A DNA stretch of 64,000 nucleotides from Nitrospirota bacterium (GTDB lineage Bacteria > Nitrospirota > UBA9217). The stretch is from positions 480,001-544,000 of the forward strand of contig CAWJQQ010000002.1 of assembly GCA_963845065.1 (NCBI GenBank), read 5' to 3'. The notes beneath the pieces were generated by a model. The model made no database searches and had not been told where the DNA came from. It worked only from the letters and a program-made list of their open reading frames with translations. Of this stretch, positions 1 to 10,105 are shown piece by piece (position 1 is the stretch's first letter; the number at the start of each line of letters is the position of its first letter). A program made the translations under genes and the position numbers.

Positions 1-238
1 TAATCGCGAGCGCCACAGCGGCCTCTGCTGCGGCCACCGTTATGACGAAAATCACGAAGATCTGTCCGGTCAACGATTGCAAATAGTGCGAGAATGCGAC
101 AAGATTGATGTTTGCCGCGTTCAGCATAAGCTCGATGGACATCAGAATGATGAATATATTGCGGCGGCTCAAGACACCTATGATGCCGATCGAGAACAGT
201 GCTGCGCTCAAAAAGATGTACCAGGACAGGGGGATCAT
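1..238 (-). CDS. nuoK: NADH-quinone oxidoreductase subunit K (3' end runs off window)
   Basis: Manual translation [50 protein letters not shown]...[15 protein letters not shown]; follows nuoJ. Confidence 0.93.
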   Translation of the reverse strand, partial: MIPLSWYIFLSAALFSIGIIGVLSRRNIFIILMSIELMLNAANINLVAFSHYLQSLTGQIFVIFVITVAAAEAAVALAI

Positions 239-319
239 AGTAAAACCTCCAGAATGCGGTAGATAGCCAGCGGTAGACGGAAAACCTGCAGGTTCTGCCT
301 ACCATCTACAGATTTCCAT

Positions 320-829
320 CTACTCGTTACTCCTCTTCTTCGCCAACATAACAGCGCCCACAAGACCTACGAGCAGGATGATGGATGCTGCTTCAAAAGG
401 TATCAGATAATTCCGGTACAGCAGTCCACCCAGTTCCTTGACGCCGCTGCCAGCAAGCTGCATGGTCTGCCCCGTATCTGCAGCTGAAAAGGTACCTCGC
501 GAGATAAGAAGGATGATCTCAGCGGCAATCACCGCTCCAAAACCAACCATCCACCGCCAGTAACGGTTTGCACGCGCGGCGGAACTTTCCCGATCCACGT
601 TCAAGAGCATCACTACAAAGAGGTAGAGGATCAGGATGGCCCCGGCATACACAATGAGTTGCACTGCTGCCAGGAATTCAGCGTTAAGGAGAACGAACAC
701 TCCTGCAATGTGAAAGAATAACAGCAGCATGAACATCACACTGTGAATGGGGTTCCTTCGGGTTATCATCAAGACCGCCGACAGCAGAATGACGGTAGCG
801 AAGTACATGAATATAAGCTCGTTTATCAT
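320..829 (-). CDS. nuoJ: NADH-quinone oxidoreductase subunit J
   Basis: RNPIHSV, AEFLAAVQLIVYAGAILILYLFVVMLLN, PFEAASIILL motifs; start placed at MINELIF overlapping nuoI stop. Confidence 0.93.
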   Translation of the reverse strand: MINELIFMYFATVILLSAVLMITRRNPIHSVMFMLLLFFHIAGVFVLLNAEFLAAVQLIVYAGAILILYLFVVMLLNVDRESSAARANRYWRWMVGFGAVIAAEIILLISRGTFSAADTGQTMQLAGSGVKELGGLLYRNYLIPFEAASIILLVGLVGAVMLAKKRSNE

Positions 830-1296
830 TTCTTGTTTCCTGCCTTCCCGCCCATGTAGCGATCGCCCACATCGACTAAGCGATCCTTGGTATAGAACGC
901 GTCTTTTCTGGAATAACAGGCCAATTCGAACTCGGGCGTCATCAGAATCGCCGATACGGGGCAGGAATCGATGCAAAACCCGCAGAAGACGCACCGAAAC
1001 AGGTCAAGCTCGTACGCGTTGACAAGTTTTTCGTGATTGAGTCCCTCCGAGGTTACCACGGTAATGGCTTTCGCCGGACAGACCGCCTCGCACAGACCGC
1101 AGCCGATGCATGCACCGTTTCCCGATTCGTCACGCCGCATGGCATGGAGCCCACGCGAACCGGGGATCGGTTTTCGTTTGAATGTAGGATACTGCCGGGT
1201 GATGGCCGGTGTCAGCATGGTTTTGAGCGTTAATGCCATGCCCTGGGCTATTTCGATCAGAAAGATCGTTTTGAAGAACTGTTTCACTTTATTCAT
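826..1296 (-). CDS. nuoI: NADH-quinone oxidoreductase subunit I
   Basis: Two CxxCxxCxxxCP ferredoxin motifs, TRQYP, operon position. Confidence 0.95.
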   Translation of the reverse strand: MNKVKQFFKTIFLIEIAQGMALTLKTMLTPAITRQYPTFKRKPIPGSRGLHAMRRDESGNGACIGCGLCEAVCPAKAITVVTSEGLNHEKLVNAYELDLFRCVFCGFCIDSCPVSAILMTPEFELACYSRKDAFYTKDRLVDVGDRYMGGKAGNKK

Positions 1297-1356
1297 CGTC
1301 GTAGACCTCTTGCTCCTTACTCCAAACTCTTCACTCCTGAAGTCTCACTACGTGCC

Positions 1357-2442
1357 TCACAGCCATCCCATCTGTTTCATGCCTGCTGCAACGAGTAATG
1401 TAACAAGCGATAATGGAAGTAATATTTTCCAGGAAATGGACATGAGTTGGTCATACCGGTACCGAGGGAGCGTTGCGCGGAGCCACATATAAAAAAAGAT
1501 AAAGAAGTACAGCTTGCCGAGCAGCCAGATCGTCGGGGGAATGGCTGCCAAGAGCTTGTTGATAAAGGCGATGGGGGCGATATGGCCAAGCGTATGTGGC
1601 AATATCTGCACCGGAAGCCAGCCTCCCAGGAACATGATTGAAGCGAGGAGGGATACTACGATCATGTTCATATACTCAGCCATATAGAAAATACCGAAGC
1701 GAATACCGCTGTATTCGGTGAAGTACCCTGCTACGAGTTCACTTTCTGCTTCTGGCAGGTCGAAAGGCACGCGGTTCGTCTCGGCGATGCCTGCCATGAG
1801 GTAAAGGAAGAATGCCACCGGACCTACGGGCAACGCCACGATAAACCACTTATGTGTCTGGGCATTCACGATCTCAGATAGATTGAGCGACCCCGCCATG
1901 AGCACGACCGTGATGATCGCAAAGGCCATCGGAATCTCGTAACTAATCATCTGTGCAGCCGAACGGAAGCCTCCCATGAGGGAATATTTATTGTTAGACG
2001 CCCACCCAGCCATTATTACGCCGTAGGTGCCTACACTCGAGAAGGCAAGAATGTAGAGAATGCCGACATTCAGGTTCGAAACCCAAAGTGGAACCTTGTT
2101 CTTTAAAAGGCCGAAGAAGTCTGTGGGCGGACCGAAAGGAATCACCACCATCGCCCCGAAAGCCATAACGAGCAGGATCAAGGGCGCTATACTGAATACC
2201 CACTTGTCGGCCTGTGCGGGGATAATATCTTCTTTCATCATGAACTTGACTGCATCTGCGACCGGCTGAAGTATCCCGTGCCAGCCGGTTCGCATCGGAC
2301 CGAGCCGTCCCTGCATATGGGCCAACACTTTGCGCTCCATAAGCTGCAAGTACATGGCGTTTGCCAGGATGAACGCAAGGAGTACCACGACGGGTATCCC
2401 TAGCGTGACCACGTAGTGAAGTATTTGGTTCATAGCGGGCAT
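1357..2442 (-). CDS. nuoH: NADH-quinone oxidoreductase subunit H
   Basis: ERKVLAHMQGRLGP, AETNRVPFDLPEAESELVAG, RATLPRYRYDQL. Confidence 0.96.
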   Translation of the reverse strand: MPAMNQILHYVVTLGIPVVVLLAFILANAMYLQLMERKVLAHMQGRLGPMRTGWHGILQPVADAVKFMMKEDIIPAQADKWVFSIAPLILLVMAFGAMVVIPFGPPTDFFGLLKNKVPLWVSNLNVGILYILAFSSVGTYGVIMAGWASNNKYSLMGGFRSAAQMISYEIPMAFAIITVVLMAGSLNLSEIVNAQTHKWFIVALPVGPVAFFLYLMAGIAETNRVPFDLPEAESELVAGYFTEYSGIRFGIFYMAEYMNMIVVSLLASIMFLGGWLPVQILPHTLGHIAPIAFINKLLAAIPPTIWLLGKLYFFIFFYMWLRATLPRYRYDQLMSISWKILLPLSLVTLLVAAGMKQMGWL

Positions 2443-2451
2443 GTTCTGCTC

Positions 2452-4575
2452 CTACACTTCTATCTTGTAGTGTCGAATTGTACTAATTTCTTGAGAACGG
2501 GTTATCATCCCGCCTGACGAGAACAACAGGCGCTCCCCGGTGATTACTTCCTGCTTCATGATCGAATCCGATGAAAGTGAAAGATCGTCGGCTGTTCCGG
2601 CGAGCGGCGATTTTTCACGAGCCCAGCACGCTCCTGCACTGAGGTCTTTGTAGAAGGGGATGACGGACCGTATCTCTGCTAGGATGTCCCGGACCGAACT
2701 GTAGTTCATGGAACCGCCCATCCTTTTTGCAAGGTCTTGGATGATCTCCCAGTCAGGCCGAGACTCCCCGATAGGTTCCTCGGCTCTGTTGATATGCTGG
2801 AACCGGCGCTCGAGGTTTGTGAACGTCCCGCTCTTTTCCGCAGAACTTGCAGCAGGAAGTACGACATGAGCGAGCTTTGCTGTCTCAGTCATGAAAATAT
2901 CCTGCACCACGAGGAATTCGAGCTTTTGGAGAATTGAGCTAAGAGATGGATCGCTCCCTACGGGATCGTCGCCCATGATGTAAAGTGCAGCCAGCTTGCC
3001 CGATGCGATTGAGTTGAGCATCTCGATGGCGTTCATGCCAGGCTGTTCGGCTTTGCGATAACCCGGCAGATAGCCCGAAATCACTCCCATATCGAGTGAG
3101 CCCTGGAAGTTGCTTCTCCGGACAAGCGGATAGTATGTGACACTCGGGAGTTTTTCCGCAAGGTCTCTGATTAGTGAAAACTCGTTGTCCGTTAGCTGCG
3201 CGGGAACAATGATCGCGACTTTCTTTGCCGTTTTCAATAACTCGGCCGCCGCTTTGACCTCGTTGGTCCCTGTTGTGGAGGAGTACGCCTTGACCAGGTC
3301 CATCAGCGCGCGTTCCGTACTTGTCGGCAATACCACTTTCGCAATTTTGTCGAACTTGTTGAACTCGTCATTCACCAGAATCACCTTCCGGTCCTTTGTG
3401 TTGACGGCACGGACGATTTCAATGCCGGTGAGAGGATTGATCTCGCCCACATTCTTGTCAAGCACGAGAATAACATCGTGCTCGGCCATCCGGTTCAGTT
3501 CTCCTGAGAAAAACGAAGTATTCAGGCCCTGGGGTATTTTGAGCCGGGCGAGCGTGTCAATGTTGTTGGTTTCGACAACGGTGCGCAGAAATTTCTGGAA
3601 CGCATAGCTGTCCTCGTTCGTGGTTCTTACCGACCCGAGCCCACCGATCTTCCCAGCGCCGTTCTTGCTCTTGATCACATTGAGATTGGTGGCGATGACC
3701 GACAGCGCCTCTTCCCAGGTACAATCGACCAGTTCTCCCCCTACCCGCATCTTGGGATTCGTCAGGCGCTCGCTACTGTGAAAGGCGTCCCAACCGAACC
3801 GCCCTTTTGCGCAAAGGTAATTGTTCCGAGCAGGGCTGACCCGCATGATCTTCCCTTCACGCGTTTCATAGTTGATGCCGCATCCACAACCGCAATAATT
3901 GCACACCGAGGAAGTTGCTTCCAGGTTCCATGACCGAGCCTTGTACTTGAACTGACGTGTGGTGAGTGCCCCAACAGGGCAGATTTCGGTACACTCGCCG
4001 CAGAACTCGCAGTCGAGCGGTCGGTCGAAATCGGTGCTGATGCGTGCTCGTGTTCCCCGGCGCGTGAAGGCCCACTCGCCCACCGCATTCTGTTCGTCGC
4101 AGATCCTGACGCACTTGCCGCAAAGGATGCAGCGACTGATGTTGCGCTCGATGACCGAACTTTCGTAATCTGGCGGAAGATATCCCTTTTGAGCGTCGAA
4201 CCTGCTTGGACCAAGCCCGTACTCATGTACCAGGTCCTGGAGGCTGCACTCGCCCGCTTTATCGCAAACCGGGCAGTCGAGGGGATGTCTGATCAGGAGC
4301 AGTTCGAGGACCATCCGACGTGCCTCGGTGATTGCCGGCGTCGACGTTCTGACGACCATATTGTCCATAATCGGCGTGGTGCAAGAAGGCGTGAACTTGC
4401 GATGCGCTCCTTCAACCTCGACGAGGCAGATGCGACATGCTCCGAAAGGATGGAGTTTGTTGTCTTGGCACAGGGTAGGTATCCTGGATCCCGCGGCAAC
4501 TGCCGCCTCATAGATAGTGGAGCCCGCCGGGACCTCCACTTTTTTTCCATCAACTGTTACCGTCATTTTCTGCAT
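2452..4575 (-). CDS. nuoG: NuoG-like / FdhA-like Fe-S subunit without catalytic Cys/Sec
   Basis: [2Fe-2S] domain, HPLDCPVCDKAGEC, two ferredoxin-type motifs, CNYCGCGC, molybdopterin-oxidoreductase fold (EKSGTFTNLERR). Confidence 0.85.
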   Translation of the reverse strand: MQKMTVTVDGKKVEVPAGSTIYEAAVAAGSRIPTLCQDNKLHPFGACRICLVEVEGAHRKFTPSCTTPIMDNMVVRTSTPAITEARRMVLELLLIRHPLDCPVCDKAGECSLQDLVHEYGLGPSRFDAQKGYLPPDYESSVIERNISRCILCGKCVRICDEQNAVGEWAFTRRGTRARISTDFDRPLDCEFCGECTEICPVGALTTRQFKYKARSWNLEATSSVCNYCGCGCGINYETREGKIMRVSPARNNYLCAKGRFGWDAFHSSERLTNPKMRVGGELVDCTWEEALSVIATNLNVIKSKNGAGKIGGLGSVRTTNEDSYAFQKFLRTVVETNNIDTLARLKIPQGLNTSFFSGELNRMAEHDVILVLDKNVGEINPLTGIEIVRAVNTKDRKVILVNDEFNKFDKIAKVVLPTSTERALMDLVKAYSSTTGTNEVKAAAELLKTAKKVAIIVPAQLTDNEFSLIRDLAEKLPSVTYYPLVRRSNFQGSLDMGVISGYLPGYRKAEQPGMNAIEMLNSIASGKLAALYIMGDDPVGSDPSLSSILQKLEFLVVQDIFMTETAKLAHVVLPAASSAEKSGTFTNLERRFQHINRAEEPIGESRPDWEIIQDLAKRMGGSMNYSSVRDILAEIRSVIPFYKDLSAGACWAREKSPLAGTADDLSLSSDSIMKQEVITGERLLFSSGGMITRSQEISTIRHYKIEV

Positions 4576-4626
4576 ATATAGTTACCTTCGCGTTAGTATC
4601 GTGAATATTGATTTTATGAATTATTA

Positions 4627-6417
4627 TTAATCAATCGCCCAGAAACGGCAATTCTTGATGCAGGTTTTGCATCTTGTACACTTCTCCTGATCAATATAGG
4701 CCACCTGACCCTTTTCCCATTTGATCGCATTGGCCGGGCAGTTCTTGAAACAGAGACCACATTTTTTGCACTTCTCTTCGTTTACCTTAAACTCAATCAG
4801 AGCCGTACAGACCCGGGCGGGACACTTATGATCCTTGATGTGCGCTTCATATTCCTCACGGAAGTATTTGATCGTCGTGAGCACCGGGTTCGGCGAGGTT
4901 TGGCCGAGACCGCAGAGCGATGTGTCCTTGATCTGCTGTGAGAGGTCGAGCAGCAGTTGGATGTCTCCTTCGCGGCCCTCGCCGTTCGTGATTCGGGTAA
5001 GGATCGTGAGCAGCATGGCGTTACCGATCCTGCAGGGGACGCACTTGCCGCAGGACTCGTCCTCGGTGAACTCGAGGAAGAACTTGGCCATGGCCGGCAT
5101 GCAGGTCGTCTCGTCCATTACGACCATACCGCCGGATCCCATGATCGCGCCAGTCTTGTTGATGTTCTCGAAATCCACGGGCGTATCGATGAGCGATGAG
5201 GGAATACAGCCGCCCGACGGTCCGCCCATCTGCACGGCCTTGAGCTTCCGGTTTCCCTTGATACCGCCGCCTATGTCATAGATCACGGTCTTGAGCGGGA
5301 TGCCCATGGGCACTTCAACGAGCCCGATGTTGTTCAGCGCTCCCGAAAGTGCGAACACTTTTGTACCTTTGCTCTTTTCAGTCCCGAGGCTCGCAAACCA
5401 GTCCGCTCCGTTCAGGATAATGGGCGGCACATTAGCAAAGGTTTCGACGTTGTTCAGGACCGACGGCCGCTGCCAGAGTCCCTTGACCGCAAGATGCGGC
5501 GGCTTGGCTTTCGGCATACCGCGTTTACCTTCGATGGATTGTATAAGGGCCGTCGCTTCGCCGCAGACGAACGCCCCGGCTCCCTGATAAATATCGATTT
5601 CCAGATCGAATCCGGAGCCAAGAATGTCCTTGCCGAGAAGACCCCGCTCCTTGGCTTGTTCAATCGCAAGCTGCAGTCGCTGCACGGCAAGGGGATATTC
5701 GGCCCGTACATAAATATACCCATCATGGGCATTGATAGCTTTTGCGGCAATGATCATGCCTTCAAGGACGGAATGTGGATCTGCCTCCATGACGCTGCGG
5801 TCCATAAACGCGCCAGGGTCGCCCTCGTCTCCGTTGCATAGGATATATTTGATTTTGCCCTGGACCCGCGCACAGAGTTCCCACTTGAGTCCGGTCGGAA
5901 AGCCTGCTCCCCCCCGGCCGCGGAGACCGGACTTTTTCATCTCGCTCACGATTTGTTCGGGCGTCATCTCAGTAAGCGCTTTGGCCGCTGCCATGTAGCC
6001 GTCGCGTGCAATGTACTCCTCGATCTTCTCGGCATCGATAAGGCTCCGGTTCCGGAGTGCACGCAACACTTGGTGTTTGAAGAAGGGGATCTCGTTCATC
6101 ACCGGGATAGTCTTCTTTTCCGTCGGTGGCGTGTACAAGAACTTCTGGACCGGGCGTCCCTTGATGAAGTGCTCCTCAACCAGGTTTGGAACATCCTCGG
6201 GTTTCACGAGCTGGTAGAAAATATCCTCGGGGTAGACGACCATCACCGGCCCCTTGGCGCAGAATCCATTGCAGCCGGTAAGTACGATCTTGACCTCATT
6301 TTGAAGGTTTCGCTTGATAAACTCGGTTTCGAGTGCGTCTCTGACCTTCAGTGAACCGTTTGCCACGCAGCCCGTGCCTGCGCAAATCATTATGTTTGAG
6401 CGGTATGTCGTTTCCAC
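4627..6417 (-). CDS. nuoF: NuoF, long HydB/HndC-type flavoprotein
   Basis: GLRGRGGAGFPTG, NGDEGDPGAFMDR, GGPSGG, ESCGKCVPC; extra N-terminal thioredoxin-like [2Fe-2S] domain and C-terminal 2x[4Fe-4S] domain. Confidence 0.92.
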   Translation of the reverse strand: METTYRSNIMICAGTGCVANGSLKVRDALETEFIKRNLQNEVKIVLTGCNGFCAKGPVMVVYPEDIFYQLVKPEDVPNLVEEHFIKGRPVQKFLYTPPTEKKTIPVMNEIPFFKHQVLRALRNRSLIDAEKIEEYIARDGYMAAAKALTEMTPEQIVSEMKKSGLRGRGGAGFPTGLKWELCARVQGKIKYILCNGDEGDPGAFMDRSVMEADPHSVLEGMIIAAKAINAHDGYIYVRAEYPLAVQRLQLAIEQAKERGLLGKDILGSGFDLEIDIYQGAGAFVCGEATALIQSIEGKRGMPKAKPPHLAVKGLWQRPSVLNNVETFANVPPIILNGADWFASLGTEKSKGTKVFALSGALNNIGLVEVPMGIPLKTVIYDIGGGIKGNRKLKAVQMGGPSGGCIPSSLIDTPVDFENINKTGAIMGSGGMVVMDETTCMPAMAKFFLEFTEDESCGKCVPCRIGNAMLLTILTRITNGEGREGDIQLLLDLSQQIKDTSLCGLGQTSPNPVLTTIKYFREEYEAHIKDHKCPARVCTALIEFKVNEEKCKKCGLCFKNCPANAIKWEKGQVAYIDQEKCTRCKTCIKNCRFWAID

Positions 6418-6470
6418 GTTACCTTACCCCATTAAACAGTTTAAGCGGTCTAACAGTTCAAACCGTTATT

Positions 6471-6848
6471 TTAATACGTCGTCTCATGCCCGACGACCAG
6501 TGCATATTCTTGAACCGGCTTGCCTCCCACCACGTGTTCGGCAAATATCTTCCGCATCTTCTCATCCGTCAGCAAGACATACTTCACCGGCGGCTCGCCG
6601 GTAAGTTCTATCGAAGCCATAGGCTCTTTGCTGCAAAGCCCCGCACATCCCGAAGTGGTTACCGCAACATCCTTGAGGTTTGATTTTGTGAGTTCATCCA
6701 TGACCACATTCATAATGCCACGAGCACCCGCTGCGATGCCGCAAGTTCCCATATTCACCGTGATCTTGACCCGGAAGCCTCCCTCACGCAGTCCCTGATG
6801 GTAATCTTGCTTAATCTTTTTCAAATCCGCAATCGTCAACTTTGCCAT
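6471..6848 (-). CDS. Thioredoxin-like (2Fe-2S) ferredoxin-domain protein, HndB-like
   Basis: MGTCGIAAGA...SGCAGLCSKEP motif; lies between nuoE and nuoF. Confidence 0.85.
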   Translation of the reverse strand: MAKLTIADLKKIKQDYHQGLREGGFRVKITVNMGTCGIAAGARGIMNVVMDELTKSNLKDVAVTTSGCAGLCSKEPMASIELTGEPPVKYVLLTDEKMRKIFAEHVVGGKPVQEYALVVGHETTY

Positions 6849-6953
6849 ATGTCCCCCCTTATGGGGAAATCCTCAATTCAAATATCGGAATCCTGAATGT
6901 TTCCGTATACCGACTTAATTAGAATTTCGGATTTCGTGCATTGGTTTTATCTC

Positions 6954-7490
6954 TTATTCGTATCTCTTCACAATATCCATCACCTTGGTAGCCGCCACAT
7001 CACCGTATGTGTCCTGTCCAATCACGACGACGGGCGCGAGTCCGCAGGCGCCGAGGCACCGCACGGCCTCGATGGAGTACTTTTTATCTCGAGTGACCTC
7101 TCCAACCTCGATGTCCAACTCGTCCTTGAGCTTGTCGAGGATTTCCTCGCTCCGTTTTACATAGCAGGCCGTACCAAGGCAGACACGAATGACGTGCTTG
7201 CCGCGTGGTACAAGGGTGAAGAAAGAATAGAACGTAGCCACACCGAACACGACGCTTGGTGATATCTTCATCCCTTTTGCTATATACCGCTGCACCGCAT
7301 GAGGCAGATAGCCGCAAACGCTCTGCGCCTGCTGGAGCACCGGGATGAGCGAACCGGGTTTGTCTCTATACAGTTCGATGATCGCGTCAATCTTCCGATA
7401 TTTTGCCGGGTCTATGTCGTTGACACCGCTGCTGGCCGCGGCGCTGGCATCGCCGCCCGCAGTATGTTGGGCTACCGCTTCGTTACTCAT
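6954..7490 (-). CDS. nuoE: NuoE / HndA-like [2Fe-2S] subunit
   Basis: GVATFYSFF, CLGTACYV, RCLGACGLAP. Confidence 0.92.
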   Translation of the reverse strand: MSNEAVAQHTAGGDASAAASSGVNDIDPAKYRKIDAIIELYRDKPGSLIPVLQQAQSVCGYLPHAVQRYIAKGMKISPSVVFGVATFYSFFTLVPRGKHVIRVCLGTACYVKRSEEILDKLKDELDIEVGEVTRDKKYSIEAVRCLGACGLAPVVVIGQDTYGDVAATKVMDIVKRYE

Positions 7491-7518
7491 GTTCTACCTC
7501 GTTTACTCTATATCGTTA

Positions 7519-8052
7519 CTATTTTAGTTTTATTTCGTCCTGCAACATGCCCCTGATCGCGGCAAGTGCTGCAGGCTCGTTTATCGGGACGCCTTCGAGG
7601 TCAACCTTAAACTCCCTGGTATCGAAACGGAACGTGTGTCCTTCATCCCGTTCTTCATATATGTAATCCCTGTCAGCATGGCCGGCGATCAAGGTAAGCA
7701 GCGTTTCGGCCATATTACCTATCGGCGGACGGTCCATATGATGGAGGCCAAATGTAACCAACACCCTCGTCCCCGCGCCCGGCTCCGATTCAATGTCCAG
7801 CGTTCCTCCGGTTTGCTCGGCTGCTTGTTTCAAAAGTGGAATCCCTAAGCCTGTTTTCTTGTGTTTCGTCGTAAAGAACGGGTCCCGCACTTTGGCAAGT
7901 GTCTCTCGGTCCATTCCCTTGCCGTCATCAATCACTTCTATCCGGAGAAGATCGTTCTTCTTATCCCGTACAACAATCATTGAGATGCATTTCGCATCGG
8001 CCCGGATCGAATTCTCGGCGATGTCAAGGATATGGAGCGAAATATCTTCCAT
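7519..8052 (-). CDS. Stand-alone histidine-kinase-like ATPase (HATPase_c)
   Basis: LHILDIAENS (N box), DDGKGM (G1), PFFTTK (F), GLGIP (G2); no H-box; start placed at MEDISLH. Confidence 0.88.
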   Translation of the reverse strand: MEDISLHILDIAENSIRADAKCISMIVVRDKKNDLLRIEVIDDGKGMDRETLAKVRDPFFTTKHKKTGLGIPLLKQAAEQTGGTLDIESEPGAGTRVLVTFGLHHMDRPPIGNMAETLLTLIAGHADRDYIYEERDEGHTFRFDTREFKVDLEGVPINEPAALAAIRGMLQDEIKLK

Positions 8053-8056
8053 GGCC

Positions 8057-8803
8057 TCAACATTCCGCCTTCCTGCCATCCCTGCCGATCAGGGCTTTTT
8101 TGATCTCACTTACCGTTCCATCTTCAACAGTAAACCACATGAAGCGTTTTCCGATATCTGCGGGGCTGTGTGCATCAGACCCGGTTACGATCGGATACTT
8201 CTTGCAGTCCGGGAACCGTTCCCTCGCGACACTAGCGATCATCTGCGCCGATACTTCTACTGCGTCCAGAACGAGCATGGGAGGGATGAACCCAAGCTGC
8301 CCGATAAGGCTGAAGGATTCCCTATCCACGTGCGCGGCCACCACGAGACATTCGTTTTTCGCTCGCCGAGCCACTGCTACAATCGCCTCTACCGGAAGCG
8401 ACGTTGCTGCAATCAAAAGCCGGTCGCAGAAACCGCTCACTCCATCTTCATCGTCAGCTATTACCTGCATGCCGAAGGCGCGCTCGTCATTCGTACCTTC
8501 CAGATGCCGGTAAATGTATCCCTGAAAGTCCAGCAGGTCATCGTCATTGTCAAAGAAAACCAGGATGTGCGCTTCTTCGGAAGAGGTGACCTCCATACCG
8601 CCTAGCACCATCAGCCCGTTTTGACTGCCCGCCTTCTTCACGGCCAGCACGTTTTCGGCAGAATTATGATCGCACACGCCGATCAGATCAAGGCCTTTCG
8701 AAACGGCCGCATTCACTACTTCGCGAGGAGACATATCCAGACCGGAACAGGGCGACAAACACGTATGCACGTGCAGATCGGCTTTAATCCGCCTCAGCGC
8801 CAC
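8057..8803 (-). CDS. PHP-domain phosphoesterase
   Basis: ADLHVHT, CDHNS, GMEV, AAHVDR, GSDAH motifs; GTG start inferred. Confidence 0.88.
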   Translation of the reverse strand: MALRRIKADLHVHTCLSPCSGLDMSPREVVNAAVSKGLDLIGVCDHNSAENVLAVKKAGSQNGLMVLGGMEVTSSEEAHILVFFDNDDDLLDFQGYIYRHLEGTNDERAFGMQVIADDEDGVSGFCDRLLIAATSLPVEAIVAVARRAKNECLVVAAHVDRESFSLIGQLGFIPPMLVLDAVEVSAQMIASVARERFPDCKKYPIVTGSDAHSPADIGKRFMWFTVEDGTVSEIKKALIGRDGRKAEC

Positions 8804-9134
8804 GGATCCCCGCCTTATACAATCTACCGACCAATTCGAAGGCAGAAAGGTCACTTACGAGAATTGGTATGTTCTCCTCTTCAGCTTTAGCGATGGTATC
8901 TTTTTCCGGCTGCCTGCCATTGACCAGGACGATCCCTGAGAGCCCCTTGTGCGATGCCACTGCTACGATATTCTGATGGATGTGGAGCGTGACCCAGAGG
9001 ACCCCTTCGTCTGCATGCGCCAGGACGTCCGACAATAAGTCACTCACGTAACCGCCGGTCACTTCGCCATCGAGATGAGTGGAGCCTGTTTTTACTTCAA
9101 GGTTAAATTCTTTTACAACTTCTTTCAGGTTCAT
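8784..9134 (-). CDS. DRTGG-domain protein (HPr-kinase N-terminal-like)
   Basis: VTGGYVSDLLSDV, NIVAVAS, IPILVS pattern. Confidence 0.8.
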   Translation of the reverse strand: MNLKEVVKEFNLEVKTGSTHLDGEVTGGYVSDLLSDVLAHADEGVLWVTLHIHQNIVAVASHKGLSGIVLVNGRQPEKDTIAKAEEENIPILVSDLSAFELVGRLYKAGIRGAEAD

Positions 9135-9147
9135 GATACGAGCCCCG

Positions 9148-10101
9148 TTAGCTCGTGTAATAGAATTGCATAGTCAGGTGTGTTCCTTCAGGCACCGACG
9201 ATTTGAGAGATATTTCATCGGCGCATTTCTTCATATTTACGAGCCCCATGCCCGCACCAAACCCCAGTTCCCGGACCCAGTTTGGCGCCGTGGAGTACCC
9301 GGGCTGCATGGCTTTTTCGACGTCTGGGATGCCGGGACCCGCATCAATCGCCTCCACGGTGATCCCCCATTTCTCTATCAGTGCCCGGATCTCGCCGCCA
9401 TTGGTGTATGAGGCAAGGTTGATCTCTGCTTCATATGTTGCCACCCCGATCTTTCTGAGGAGCGGTGGACAGACGCCTAATTTCTTAAGAGCGTTCTTCA
9501 AATCACACGCGGCCTTTCCCGCGTCTTTTAAGGTTTGTCCGGCAACTTTATATTTGAAAGTAAAGCTGATTTCGTCCGCGGATACATCTTCAAAAAACTT
9601 GTGCACCGTTGGCCGAAGACGCGCCACCGCTTCTTTTGTCTCGGATTGTTCGTATTCCACCTCAAGTTTCCTGAGCAAACCCTCGACGATACTCCCCTTG
9701 GTAACGATGCCGACCAGTTCATCATCCCGGTTCAATACAGGATACCGCCTGTACCCAAATTTTAAGAACTTGGCGATGCAATGGACGAGAAGTTCGTCGC
9801 TATACAGGCATTCAACCTTCCGGGTCATTCGCTCGCGAACGGGGGAACTGATGGCATTATCAGTGAAAGCAGTGATCAGGTCTTCAATGCTGATCATGCC
9901 AACGAGTTTGCCATTCTCCACTACCGGCGTACCAGAAATGCGGTTATCCCGCAGAACGAGCCTGAACTCCGACATTGGCAGGTCCGGCCCGATAGTGAAC
10001 ATCTTGGTGGCCATGACTTCGCCGACGGTGATTTCATAGACCATCTCCTGGGTTTTCGTGACGCGGTCCGTCGACTCTTGCTCTTTGCCCCGTAGCTCCA
10101 T
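9148..10101 (-). CDS. CBS-pair + RsbT-like anti-sigma/Ser-Thr kinase fusion
   Basis: N-terminal tandem CBS (ISGTPVV...GMIS; YPVL...GIVT); C-terminal YEAEIN, DAGPGIPD, GYSTA, GFGAGMGL. Confidence 0.85.
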   Translation of the reverse strand: MELRGKEQESTDRVTKTQEMVYEITVGEVMATKMFTIGPDLPMSEFRLVLRDNRISGTPVVENGKLVGMISIEDLITAFTDNAISSPVRERMTRKVECLYSDELLVHCIAKFLKFGYRRYPVLNRDDELVGIVTKGSIVEGLLRKLEVEYEQSETKEAVARLRPTVHKFFEDVSADEISFTFKYKVAGQTLKDAGKAACDLKNALKKLGVCPPLLRKIGVATYEAEINLASYTNGGEIRALIEKWGITVEAIDAGPGIPDVEKAMQPGYSTAPNWVRELGFGAGMGLVNMKKCADEISLKSSVPEGTHLTMQFYYTS

Positions 10102-10105
10102 TGTC

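Noticed and set aside
2452..4575. Formate dehydrogenase alpha or [FeFe]-hydrogenase catalytic subunit
   Set aside because: No Cys/Sec at the Mo/W-ligand position, no recognisable C-terminal dinucleotide-binding domain, no H-cluster motifs.
7793..10039. Long plus-strand ORFs 7793-8605 and 9203-10039 (and similar antisense ORFs elsewhere)
   Set aside because: Antisense shadows of well-supported minus-strand genes, with no motifs.
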